A stretch of 64,000 nt of DNA, taken from the NCBI RefSeq assembly GCF_963676685.1, contig NC_092350.1, positions 59,768,001 through 59,832,000 on the forward strand, in the 5' to 3' direction. The position numbers and the translations under genes are program-made. Origin of the DNA: Mytilus edulis (Eukaryota). Shown here piece after piece: positions 51,901 to 64,000 of this stretch. Position 1 is the first letter of the stretch, and every line of letters starts with the position of its first letter. The notes below the pieces were generated by a model. It ran no database searches and was not told where the DNA came from. It saw only the letters and a program-made list of their open reading frames with translations.

Positions 51901-54900
51901 AGTGACAATGATAACTCTATATTCATGTCAAAATAAGTAACAAGTTCACACATATGCATGATATCGGTCAAATTTTAAACAATATTTTGTTTTACATTAC
52001 AGTTCCTTCATCTTGTTCTGCATGCTTTCGTTACGCTTCGTCAACGTATACAGTAATCGAAGAGGCTGTGAACTGGCAAATGGCACGAATAATACATATT
52101 TACATTTGATTCTGAAATAGTTCTTGAAGAGGACTATCTGAAGTAGTAATTTAGTCAAGTCATGTATCTATACTATTTTTAATTGTGCCCATTAATCTCA
52201 TTTCATTTTTTTTATCGCTCCCTTTTACTCGTATCCGTATTGTTCAACCCCCCTTGTCTGTACATTTTCCCTATTAACATTATTATTCTCTTTTATGTAA
52301 ATTATTAAAACCCTCATAATTTAAAAAAGTATTAACCTTAACGACTTTTTTTATATACATTTGTAGTTTTTCTCTGACGTTGCTTTCAGAAATTTGTTAT
52401 TGGAGACCCCATCTGTTTTTTACAGTAGCAATGATTGTTTGTGGTTACAAAAAGCAGTGGACCTAATCTCTGACTGAATAATGATAAACCATCTGATTGT
52501 AACTGTTGTAGAATTTTATTCATTGAAAATGTGATTTCATATTGCTTTTTACCTTGAAATCTTCAATTAGAAAACAATTATCAAAGCCGGGTTCATTGAA
52601 AACCCGGTTTTTTATTGATCTCATCATTAAAAATATATTAACACTTTTATCTTTCGATCTATCAAAGGTGAATTATATATTGAGACTTCTTTTGTGATGA
52701 CTTGCCTTTCAATATTGTTTTACAGAAGTAATAAAAAAAATATATTAGACAATGACGTCAAAAAAAGGATGTCGATTCTATTCAATTGAAGTAGATCTAT
52801 TCAATTATAATAAATTTGAAACCTGTCATTGTATTGTATTTTTTTCAATAATAGGATGATTGTTATAACTTGGGAGGAAAACTAGGAGAAATGGAAACAC
52901 AAGAGGAAAAGGATTTCATCAAAACTACATTAACTGTGAGAAATGAAAACATAACTGGAAGTAGGTTGATTTATTGAAATTTTGACATTGTCAATAACCA
53001 ATTGTCAATTAGATGCTAATCGAGTGTTTTAAACGACTTACACTTGTAGAAGTGTTAAGTATATAAAAAGTAATAAAAAACAATTAAAATAAAAACAAAA
53101 CAAAAAACAACGATAACTAACCAAAATAAAAATGTGGAAAATAGAAAAGCAACCGGAAATATATAAAAACAGATAAGACAAACGAGATGATAACGAATAT
53201 AAGGCTCCCTAAAGTAAAAAAAACAACACAAAAACTCAGGATATGTAATTTGATTCGTTTTTCCACTCGTTTTTTTCATGTTTCTTGAACTATTTTGTGT
53301 GTTAGCACCGCTACTTTCAGCAAACGTGTATATTTCCTGGAGGCAAGTTGTTTGTCGATGTATGAACCCGTACTGCTCATATTTAACCATTATCCTTGTG
53401 TCTTAAAAACATCGAATCCATTTCAATTAAGAGTCCAATGCAGCTGACTCTCGAGAGATTCAAACACACAACCTCAGAGTTACTAATCTTGTGGTACAGT
53501 TGTTTATCTATTGAAACCAGTCGCCCACCGAGACCCGTTACTAAATAAAGGAAAATAGCCCGATCCAACAGTTGTAAATTATTTACTAAGTTTGTAACCT
53601 TTTTAATTGAAAAAAAAATTATGGTTTCTGTTTACGTATTTGATAAAAATAAAATTGTAAAGAGGACATTAAACAAAAAAAACTCAGGCTACACTCGATA
53701 TCAGTTTGAGAAAAAGTGATTTTGTATGTTTGATACCTCATGGCTAGTTTTAAGAAAGAGTTATTCGATATGACACTGTTTTATCATAATGCTTGCATAC
53801 TGTTTTTCTTTAGATCCCGTACAGCACAAATGTATAAAAAGGTTTACATTCTGACTGACACATCGAGTTTTTACGTTCCATATTGAAGCCTCGTACAGTT
53901 TATGTGTTTTGTTTCTTAACTTTTAAACCGCTATAAACATGAAAAAAAAGTTGATGTAAGTGTTTAGACCAGTTATAATTTGCAAACTGTTAATTTTGAA
54001 TTTCGAATCAGGACAGTGATTTTTTTTATTCTGTTGATTTTCTATAGCTTTCGTAGAGTAAATAAAGGCAATAGTAGTATACCGATGTTCAAAACTCATA
54101 AATCGATCGACAAAAACAAATTCGAGTCATAAACCAAAACCGAGAGAAACGCATTAAATACAAGAAAATGACGACACACCATTAATATGTAACACACACA
54201 GAAATGAACTAAGCATTAGACAAAATCCAATGCGAATCACAAATATAACATCAAAACTAAATACATGAATTTGGGATAGAAAAGTACCGTGACACAGGTA
54301 AACCTTTTAAAAGATTGAGACGAATAATTATTGATCTTAGGTATGATACATGCACTTATCTGTATATTAAGATTGCATTTTAACATAATGATGTACTTTC
54401 TGTCTCATGTGTTCTGATTCTCCGTTTCCACCAGCTTCAATCTGATGTAATCAAAATACAATAAAAGAAATCAGATAAAATCAGTAGCAACAAAGTTTTG
54501 CAGTGATTAGTAATAATAAGTTACTATTGACATGTATTATTTAAACGATAACATTAATTACAAAAAAAGTCTTGTTTGAAGTTTAAATTCAAATACGTTA
54601 GTATATTTTGAAATTATGATTTTATTTTACAAAATGTTAAAGCCATGTTGGATGCTGATATACTTGCAATTGTCATGAAAAATAAAAACACTACAGTAAA
54701 AAACAGGCTTAACTGACATGTCTTACTCGTGCAATGTAGCCTTGTTGTTTTTACTTAACTGTTAGAAAGTTATAAACATTATAAATGTATGTTTTCAAAC
54801 TATTTACAGGCAAAATATATTTTCTTGGAGGTTACAAGTTCAATGCTAATGAAACTATCAGATGGATCAGTACCCCAAGTCAAGACATGACATTCATGGA

Positions 54901-55030
54901 TTTTGGAATTGGGGAACCAAATAATCCTACGAGCGAACTGTGTATTGGAAACATGAATCATTATAATTTTCAATGGGTAGATCTGCCATGTGACTGGTTG
55001 AATCCATATATATGCGAATTTCTTTATTAA
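49000..55030 (+). pseudogene. Signal peptide + PAN/Apple-like + C-type lectin gene, copy D (all 4 exons; two disabling lesions)
   Basis: Exon 1 49000-49303 (MDMKITTIMLL..CASLCSKQDLC*RCAASY..TCRID..C; TAA at 49183; donor GTAAGT); exon 2 52003-52088 (VPSSCSACFRYASSTYTVIEEAVNWQMAR; donor reads AT); exon 3 52855-52960 (DDCYNLGGKLGEMETQEEKDFIK..); exon 4 54810-55030 (..FLGGY..GEPNNPTSELC..WVDLPC..YICEFLY*); AATAAA follows. Confidence 0.9.
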
Positions 55031-58000
55031 AATAAAAACAAATCAACAGAAAAACTTATGTCAGCTATTTGAGCATTGCATATGTACTTTCCCACTAATA
55101 AAGAGTGCGAAAAATGTGATACAGCGATTACGAAGAAAAATCCAATGCGCACATTTATTCTGTACTAAGGAGGTTTTTTTATTTTTTTTTAAATAGATTG
55201 TCGTCATATTTCTGATTCTTAGTAATAAAAATCATGGAACCATTGGTAAAGAAAAGAACCTATTGTAGCGCCTAGAACATTGTGCCATTTCACGTTTTAC
55301 TTTTCTAAATATGTATTCGCACTATTCTGTATCTATTTTCATGAAGAATGCTAAACAACTAATAACAAGAAAATAAAGGATGTATAAGGTATTTACAGTG
55401 TGTATGACCAAGAGGTAATATGGAGGAAAATAAAGAAAAAAAATAAATGTTGAAAGAAATTTTGCGTTTAAGAATTAGAACTTCATTTTTTCATAATGTC
55501 AACATGTACAACCTGACCTTTAATCTTACATCAAAGTTCAGTGTAGAGGCCATAGAAAACGAGCACAATAATAAGTATTAATTCAATTCCTTTTGGAGTT
55601 TTCGATTTCGAAAATTTTAATGCTTTATGTATAAATTATTAAACATTTTCATATTGTGAATTAGTTGGTTAGTTGAATAAACAATATGTCAGAACAAAGT
55701 CGACAGACAATAACAAACCACAAGGAATATTTTGCAGGCTTGTGAATAAGTAAAACACATGTTAACATTATTTCGAAGCGACCATGTTTTGTCTCATTAT
55801 CAAAATCATATAAAAGAAATATATAGAATCCCTCAATAAAATAAAGCTAATTGTCAATCAATTAAAGAGAATTCTGTTTAAAAAATGACGCAAACATATA
55901 ATAGCAGAAATCAGTTATGACATGTGCATATAATTGATATACTCGTTTATTATACCACACATTTTGTATGCCATTGCAATATCCGGTAGTGTAATATTAG
56001 TGTCGTAAAGTACTGTTCACAATGCACACATATCTATAATTCGATTAGGTATTTGTCGGTTTGATGTACATCATTGTTTTGTAGAATAACATTTAAAAGG
56101 ATATTTTCATCAAATTACTTTTATTTCCAAATCAAAGAATTTTATTCATTTTCTGTTGTATTTCAAATTTCTGATTGAACTAATATCAACTCTTATATTT
56201 CTGACTTTGTACAGACATTTGCTTGTGAAAAAAGGGGCGAATTAAACCTTGTGTTATAGCTACGTTAATCTCTCATTTGTTTGACAGTCATACAACTTCA
56301 ATTGATAGTTAAAAAATATCAACTCCATGTGTTATAATAAGTATTTACATATTCAGTTATTGATAGTTAATGATTAGATTTAAATAGGCTAAATACTTGT
56401 TATTACAAACAACATTCGTCTAGTGTGTTAACCGCACCTTATTACTAAGTTTTTCTGAAGTTAAAAAATGTTTATATTTCAAAAAAAAAAAAAAAAAAAA
56501 GTTCTAAAGTAAAGCAATGACATCGGGATTGTGATGAGAGTTATTGGGTGGAAAATTATAAAACTCAAATCATACGTCTATAGCTTCGAGCACGTTCAAT
56601 TAAAAAGTAAAATCCACATGACTAACATTAATAAGATACTTTTATTTTTATTTTTTTTTATTTTTTTTTTTTGGGTGTTGAAGGCTGTAGACATGTATAC
56701 AATAAACAGGTTCCATTCTTCTGTTCAATTTTATAACGTGGAATTTACGATAATTTTATGAATTCTAATTCTAATTAATATTTTTTATCAGATTTATTGA
56801 AAAGATGAAAGATGAAAACATTTTGTTTCATAAACAAATGATGAAAGCATCTGCGATCTTCATGCATGCCCCAAACATCAGTATATTGGTCATGTTCTTC
56901 ATAAATATATGGCGCACAAATATGTAGACATATAACAGGTTTACTCCTTTAAAAAATAATGTGTTATCATCTACTTACTAAATTATAAACGCTACAACAT
57001 GTGTATTTGACTTGCTTTACAATTGTTTTTTCTTTTCTATATTTTTGGAATTTGAGTTGTCATTAAAAAAGAATCTAAAACCGATAAGACAGTTATAAGT
57101 GTAGTAGAGGTAATAATAATTTCAGATAAACATATCATAACTGATCATAACTTTTAGTAGATCGACAATTTTGAAAAGTTTCAAACTTAATGAAATTATA
57201 TTGAACTGTTATCGCTCACCATAAAACAGTTTGATTTTATGCATATACATGAAAAATAAAAACAACATACTGTTTTTATGGTTATATCAATGAAACAGCA
57301 TCCAAAAATTAAAACATGGTCTTAAACAATACACGTGTGTTTACACACCATATGCACGTTTAGTTTTAAATTGCCGAGAGCTTTCCAATTAAGCCGGACC
57401 AAAATTAAATGTCTTTTTTTTTACTTGGAGTTTGAACAATAAAAATGAGAGATGTATGTCTGATAACCATGTTTTTGTATTCGAAAACAACATTTAAATT
57501 CTAAGTTATTATCATTTTTAAAGACCTCAACGTCGTAAAGTTGTGGTGTCTAAAGGTGGTACACTTAATTTATTATTCATATCTATATATACACAATCTT
57601 GTTTACAAATGCAACACTCCGACTTTCAGCTTCAATTTTCTTGAAAACAGGCAAGGTGTTTTATTTCATTTCTAGTGGATTTTTATAAATCGCAAACAGG
57701 TTCAGTAAGTACATGCAATACACAGAAAATGCAAATTGAGTAGTGATGTACGGACAATTAGTCCTTGATAAAGTGTTAAAATGATGACAATTAGAGTGAA
57801 CAGTATGACTACTAAAATTCATCAAAGTCGTTATTTTTTCATGGTTATTTGATCGCGAACAATATCATATATAAAAGACAAAGTTTAAAAATCTAGATCG
57901 CAAAAACAAATACACTTTAGTTGCTTTTAGTTATTTAAATCGAGCATCGATCATAAAAACTTTGTTCTATTAAGTAAGCACTTTTTGAAAAATAAAGTTA

Positions 58001-58518
58001 TAATGCGTTCAAATGTATGCTTACAAAATTAATTTGATTTTATTGTAAAATTTTTGTTTACATACACTCTCGTCCATTAGTTCAGGATTGAACGAATCTT
58101 GAATATTAAATCTGATAAGCGGAAACATCGTATTGGCAATTATCAAGCCTTTTGTGATCGTCATTAGAATGTTATATACACAAATCAAATAAATAATATT
58201 TTCCCACAAAACAATTTATAAAAAATGATTATTTCAGTTGGCTTAAACGAAAAATTCATCTAAACAACTTGTTTATAAATTATTATAACTAAGGACAGTG
58301 TCTATTTGATTACTGTACAAAATACCACTGTTTTTACATAGATAATATCAAAATGCATCATAAAAAGAAAGTAACACTGTATAGTGAAGCATTCAACGTT
58401 AACACAAACCCCTCATTCCCCACCCCCCCCCCCCCCACCCCAAAAAAAAAGCGCACTGTAAGTGAAAAAACCCTTATAGTTTATATTTCGATTTGATTGA
58501 TCAACATATTTGCCTCGA

Positions 58519-58552
58519 ACATCACTGAAGAGACATTATTTGCGCATTTGAT
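58519..58552 (+). ncRNA. Decayed hammerhead motif of a second family (CUGAAGA core)
   Basis: catcaCTGAAGAgaca-ttatt-[3' stem II and GAAA missing]-tgcgca; relatives at ~38178-38228 and ~46827-46875 keep aaatgcgcat(c/t)tggtgc but lost the core. Confidence 0.45.
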
Positions 58553-61426
58553 ACAGTAAAAGCTGTACCGTTAGTGTTATAACAACCACTAAGTCAATAC
58601 CATCTGCATTATCTAAGGTGTTGCCAGCTAAGTAGCTGAATTCTCCTAAATGTCATTGCCATACGGATATTGTTTTACCGGTATTTTCTGTAATACTATT
58701 TCTTTTTTAAATTTAAGTCAGTTACAACTGTGACTCTTCGTTCGGATTTATTAGCACTGTTTTAGCCATATGCGGTCATTGCAGCCTTGAACGGTTTCTT
58801 TATGACTTTTACGAAACATAAATCAAAAATGGCAATGTGTGCTTCCGGTATCAATAATTATTTCAACATCAGGCACTAATTGTAGATTTGGATCTGTATT
58901 TTAATATTCTCCTGCCATGACATATTCCAAATATATGTTAATATCATCACAAAGATCATAAGGAAACCAATCAGAACCAATATGTTGAGGCGTATTTTCA
59001 AGATGGCACTAATATCAAGGAAACACATAGCTTTGCACACTGACAAAAATGTGCATGTTATGTTGTGCAACTATGACCGGTTCATGTTCTTACCACATAT
59101 TCATGATATTCCAAATTATATGTTCAATTCTTGTCATTTGAATGTAATCCACCTTATACAAGTACAACATCCAATCAGAACTTATAATTATTTAGTAATA
59201 ATTGGAAATCCTAACTGACCTTTACAGACTTAATCTATGTAATGTAGTGTTCATTTGTGTTTGTCCTGAACTATTTGCCACCAAACCTTTATTAAACAGC
59301 AGTCGATAAACACATGTAACAAAAAAACTAAATAAGACAGTCGCGAAAAAACAAATCATAAGCACATCAGAGGAGGAAAACATTTTTTTAGCGTAGGCTT
59401 TAAACTGAAGTCGGAACTAACAGAAATAATTTGATATATAAAGGCAACAGTAGTATACCTCTGTTCAAACTCATAAATCCATGGACAAGAAACTAAATCG
59501 GGGTAACAAACTAAAACTGAGGGAAACGCATTAAATATATACATTGATATGTTTGTATATGTGGAGGAACATTATAACAATATTCTTGCTTTATTTGATT
59601 CGTCTGTTTTATGTAATACTTGTTTCCCCTTCATAACGTAAGCAAACCATGAAAGGCATATTGAACACACTAAACTTACATTTGTATGTTAACAATGCGT
59701 ATGTCATTAACTAACAATTACTCGATATTACACTGCTGGCCTGTTAGTTTAACAGAAAATTGTTTAGGTCGGACATTTGTTCCTAGTGTTACAGTCATGC
59801 ATTTAATTGCAAACTTACTCCTCGAAGGCATAATACAGCATCTAGCTTGCATTATAATTTAAGTTTTACAATAAATGTTTCGTGGTTAAAAGATAAGATT
59901 GAGAAAAAAAATCAGAAAATAATGATTAACATGTGTACTTAGTTGAATAGGGCAACATGACTGATCAATTACATAACAAAGACAAGTAAAATCAACAGAA
60001 AAATAATTTCAAATAAGTATGTTGAAAATGTGCCATAACTTTTTTATGTCGGGAACACCCGTTAAAGTCAACAGGGAACGATGAGGAAAACTACATAAAG
60101 CATACACAAATACAAATAATTTGTACATGTTGTACATGTTGTATAACCAGTCGAATATATTGCATTGTCAAGGACCTTATTTCACCAAGTAGGGAACACA
60201 TTTCACAAACCCGGAACCTACTCCACCTGGTTAAGTGTTGAACTTGTTTGTTGAAGAAATGGAACACATTACATATAATTCATCTGTAAAAACAGTTATT
60301 TGGAACATCTTTGCTGTGCTATTTATTCAACTGAAACTTTCAAAATAGGAACAATTTAGGTTAACTTTAGTTAATATGTTTATAATAAGTCAGTGCTTCA
60401 GTATTGAAATAGTTAACAACAGGTACTTATATATTAAATACCTGGTGCATGAATGAAGAAAGTATCAATGTTTTAACACTTTCACGATAAGTTTTCTTTT
60501 TCATAAAGATTTAACCGTTAGTGTTCCTTTCGAAATGGTTAATACTAGTCATGTTGCAGTCTTTTATGGTTTGTGGTTTGGTGTGAGCCAATGACCCACG
60601 AGGAAGACGTTTTAACCTCAAATTGTTAACTTTTACAGGATGTGAGTTAATTTAAGAGTTATCTCAATGGCACTCATACCACATCTTCTTATATTTTAAA
60701 ACATTTTGCCATTATTTTATGTTTGCGTAATTCACATAGCTTGTTAAGTTGCAGCATATTTAGGCATCTCTGGCTATAGGTAATTTATCGTATATAATTT
60801 GGCTAACTAAAACAATTATAAAGCACTTCACTTATATTGTTAAATTCATTAAACTTTTAAGATCAATATATATTGGTTGATAATTTTTATTCACCAACAT
60901 TATGCATTCTTGCCAAAACTCGTCGTCTTCTTTTACCAATAAACCGTTGCTACGTTTTTCTTAAGCAAAATTAAATAAATTGTTTTGACCAGAAGCTTCA
61001 ATTGAACAAAAAACAACTTTCTGAACAATGACGTAATTGTGATTCTAGATGAATTAATTTAACTTATTGGAAAAACATGTCAATTAAATTCCTAGAATAT
61101 AAAAACAAAACAAACGGACTGTATATTCGTATTATAACAACGACATATTTATACTTTCCTACTAACTTATAATAGGAAAACACCAAGAAGATGCCGAACC
61201 TCAACTTAACAAACGGAGTATTAGCGCTATAAAATCAGGTTTAATCCAGTTTAGTACAGTATTTTTGTGATTTTACTTTTTTAAAAGGCAACTAGATGTT
61301 TTCCTCTTATTCCAAACGTTATGGTACACTGTATTGTTAAAGGTCAAATTATAGGGCTATTCGGCATATTTTCAACTTAGATATGCCACGGATTTTTCAG
61401 AGTTTGAACTTAAACTAAAAACTATG

Positions 61427-61538
61427 TACTGCCACTCCTTTCACTTTATTCTAATTTGGCTGCAGTTCATGAATGTTGATACTGCCACTCCCTTCACTTT
61501 ATTCTAATTTGGCTGCAGTTCATGAATGTTGATACTGC
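61427..61538. repeat. 53-bp tandem duplication (2.1 copies)
   Basis: tactgccactcc(t/c)ttcactttattctaatttggctgcagttcatgaatgttga at 61427 and 61480. Confidence 0.95.
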
Positions 61539-62094
61539 TGGTAACATTCCCAAGATATCTCTTTATGAGATGAAACATTGAGATTATATCTGAAGTGAAT
61601 AGTATATATCTATCCAAAAAGAGTCATTCGCTGTGAAACAGCTCAGTTTACAAAATGCAACAATTTCTAACAATTATTTAAGGAAAAAAATCTTTAAAAA
61701 CGATTTTTCTCACAAAAAAAGTTGTTCACGTTTCTGACATGAAATGTCTTTAACCAGTTAAACTTTTCTAAAAACAAGTTAAAACGTTAACGAATACTAT
61801 GAAGGTAAAGTTTAGTAGTTGATCATTACAAAAATTCAAAATTATATAAATTATTTAATTCTGCCTCTGTCTCTTTCTTACTGTAGGTCTATATTTCTAT
61901 AAAAGTGCACCAGGTGTGCCTCAAATAGTCATTTAAAAAATATTGCCACAATCCATAATATTATCTCTTACTATACACTTAACATATATTAGCCAATTTA
62001 TGATTATAATGTCTAAAGAAAGACATGTTTGCAAAAAGAGTACGTATGCATTAACCTGTTTGATTTATGAATTCACTAACAATATAGAGCTAAT

Positions 62095-62326
62095 TATAAG
62101 GTTTGTCATAACACGAGCAACATATCGGATACGGGATCTGTTTACCCTTCAGGAGCACTGGCCATCCCCTCCGTATTTTGGTTCGGTTTGTGTTGCTTGT
62201 TTAGTTGACTACGTTGTGGTTTGTATACTATTATTGTCTGTTTTCTTTTCTTTTTTGGCATGGCGTTATCATTTTGTGTTCGATCTACGAGTTTGAATGT
62301 TCCTCTGGTATCTGTCGCCCCTCTTT
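62095..62326 (+). mobile_element. Penelope-like tail fragment
   Basis: ggatctgtttacccttc...gagtttgaatgttcctctggtatctgtcgcccctctt. Confidence 0.65.
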
Positions 62327-63457
62327 TGTAAGTTCTCCTCTCTAGGATATAGTTGTTACGAAGATGAATAGTTAAAGAGGTACAGTTTTAGCTGTTAAAA
62401 GAATGTCCTAAGGGAAATTGTATGTCTATATTTACAAAATGGCAACGTTTAATGTGTTCTATATTTTGTGAATACATATATATGTAGGTTTAAATAGTGT
62501 TCCCCATGAAATGATGTCCAATGGACATTACTTCACGGATATGACCTGTGAAATTTCGTTCAGAATAGAATTTAATCATAAAATATTGTCCATTTCTGTG
62601 TAGGAGTGTCCCTTGAAAAGATAATCTATTTTGACCTTTGTTTGATATTTTTTCATAGTGAAATAATGTCAAAATAGCATAGAAGTTTTGTTTAATACCA
62701 ACATGACCAAATAATTTAATTAACAAAAAATGATAAGACTCAATCGACATTTGTTTTTAAATTTACAGTAGGAATCAATGATTTGTTATAACATCTTTGG
62801 ATTGTCATATTTAAATTGCTTAATATTTCATTATAATTAAACTCTGGAGGGTATTGACCATCACACAAAAAGTCATTTAGCTGTGTATATTCACCACTTT
62901 CCATTGTTGTTTACATCTGTGTTGTCTTGATTTAGATTTTAATCATGATTTAACTAATTGATTAAACCATTTCAATGATTGCTAAATTATTGCCCTTCTT
63001 TAGGGACAGAAAAAATAGCTTCACTGTGAATAATTGTGCTTTGTGACATATTTTTATAAAATATCAATGACATAATGTCCAAGTACTATGGGATACACTA
63101 TTTTATTGTTGATATTATGTCCCGTAAACTAAATTTCACAGATCAACTGTGATATATAGTTCAAGAAAACACAATTTCATGGGACAATTTTTTGGCTTAC
63201 ATATACACCTAAGAAATAAATGGCTAAACGATGAGTCATACGCATAAACTTAACTGTTTCTTAATTTTTTAAAGCAGGAACAACACATTACTAGTACCTT
63301 ATTTGTGATGCCTTAGGAATATGAAAATATAAATAGTAAAAGACTGTTTCATTGTTCATTGATAATTATCTATTGTTTGTGTCCCTCACAAATTCATGTA
63401 CCCACACACATGTTTCCTTTACGTGTAAAGTATATTCGTTTAATAAATTTGACAGTT

Positions 63458-64000
63458 GGTTGGGTTCAAATGCTATTAAAAAGTGCTAAGACATGTATAA
63501 AAACAAATGGTTACGTCTCTAAATATTTTTCAATTTCTAGATCAGCCAGGCAGGGGTGTCCTATAGCCCCTTTTTTATATATATTACAAGCAGAGCCCCT
63601 GGCCTGTGCAATAAGGGCAGACAAAGACATTGCAGGTATTATGCTGCCCGGGGAAGAAAATGGGGAGCTAATAGAAACCAAATTGAATATGTTTGCTGAT
63701 GACACGCAATTATTTAATAAAAATGAAAGTTCCGTTAGAAAATCTTTCGAAATATTAGACAAATACGAAAAGGCCTCGGGTTCAAAAATTAATTACGAAA
63801 AGACTAAGGGAATAAATATTGGCGCAAATAAACGCAAACGGCCTACTTTTAAAAAGATAAGCTGGACAACAGATAACATAAAAACACTAGGTATTCACCA
63901 TGGTTATAACATTGATAACGATAAAATATGGAAATCAATATTGGAAAAAGTACAAAATTGTGTACACATCTGGAAAAGTAGAAAATTGACATACTCTGGA
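63458..64000 (+). mobile_element. 5'-truncated L1/Tx1-clade LINE, reverse transcriptase (open frame to window end)
   Basis: GWVQMLLKSAKTCIKTNGYVSKYFSISRSARQGCPIAPFLYILQAEPLACAIR...MFADDTQL...YEKASGSKINYEKT...IKTLGI...WKSRKLTYSG; RQGCP and FADD motifs; ~180 codons without a stop. Confidence 0.95.

Noticed and set aside
53055-53568. Nested antisense gene in lectin D intron 3
   Set aside because: Some coding-like texture, but stops in all frames, no domain recognised, and the hydrophobic tail comes from an A-rich tract.

Overview
AT-rich, intron-containing eukaryotic DNA; the repeat families and gene type suggest a bivalve, Mytilus-like genome (inference). Almost all ORF-track entries are noise. 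Real coding content is: (i) a + strand tandem cluster of four 'signal peptide + PAN/Apple-like + C-type lectin (EPN)' genes, made up of one orphan intact last exon (26.1 kb) and three copies with inactivating lesions (35.4-37.5, 43.9-46.2, 49.0-55.0 kb), two of them from a ~8 kb tandem duplication; (ii) transposon remnants: an open 5'-truncated L1/Tx1 RT at the right edge, decayed Penelope-like RT, a Kolobok/Mutator-like Cys4 fragment, an IS3EU/integrase-type fragment and Harbinger derivatives. The most striking structures are non-coding: a 3.7 kb foldback element (TACGG..CCGTA, 6-bp TSD) and an 11.6 kb foldback element (AAC..GTT, 4-bp TSD), both with long TIRs built from periodic palindromes; two ~100-bp MITEs nested terminus-into-terminus, each with a perfect 9-bp TSD; and a near-intact type I hammerhead ribozyme with several decayed copies. 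No CRISPR, rRNA or convincing tRNA gene was seen. Identities are by-eye estimates and family names come from recalled family signatures, not searches.
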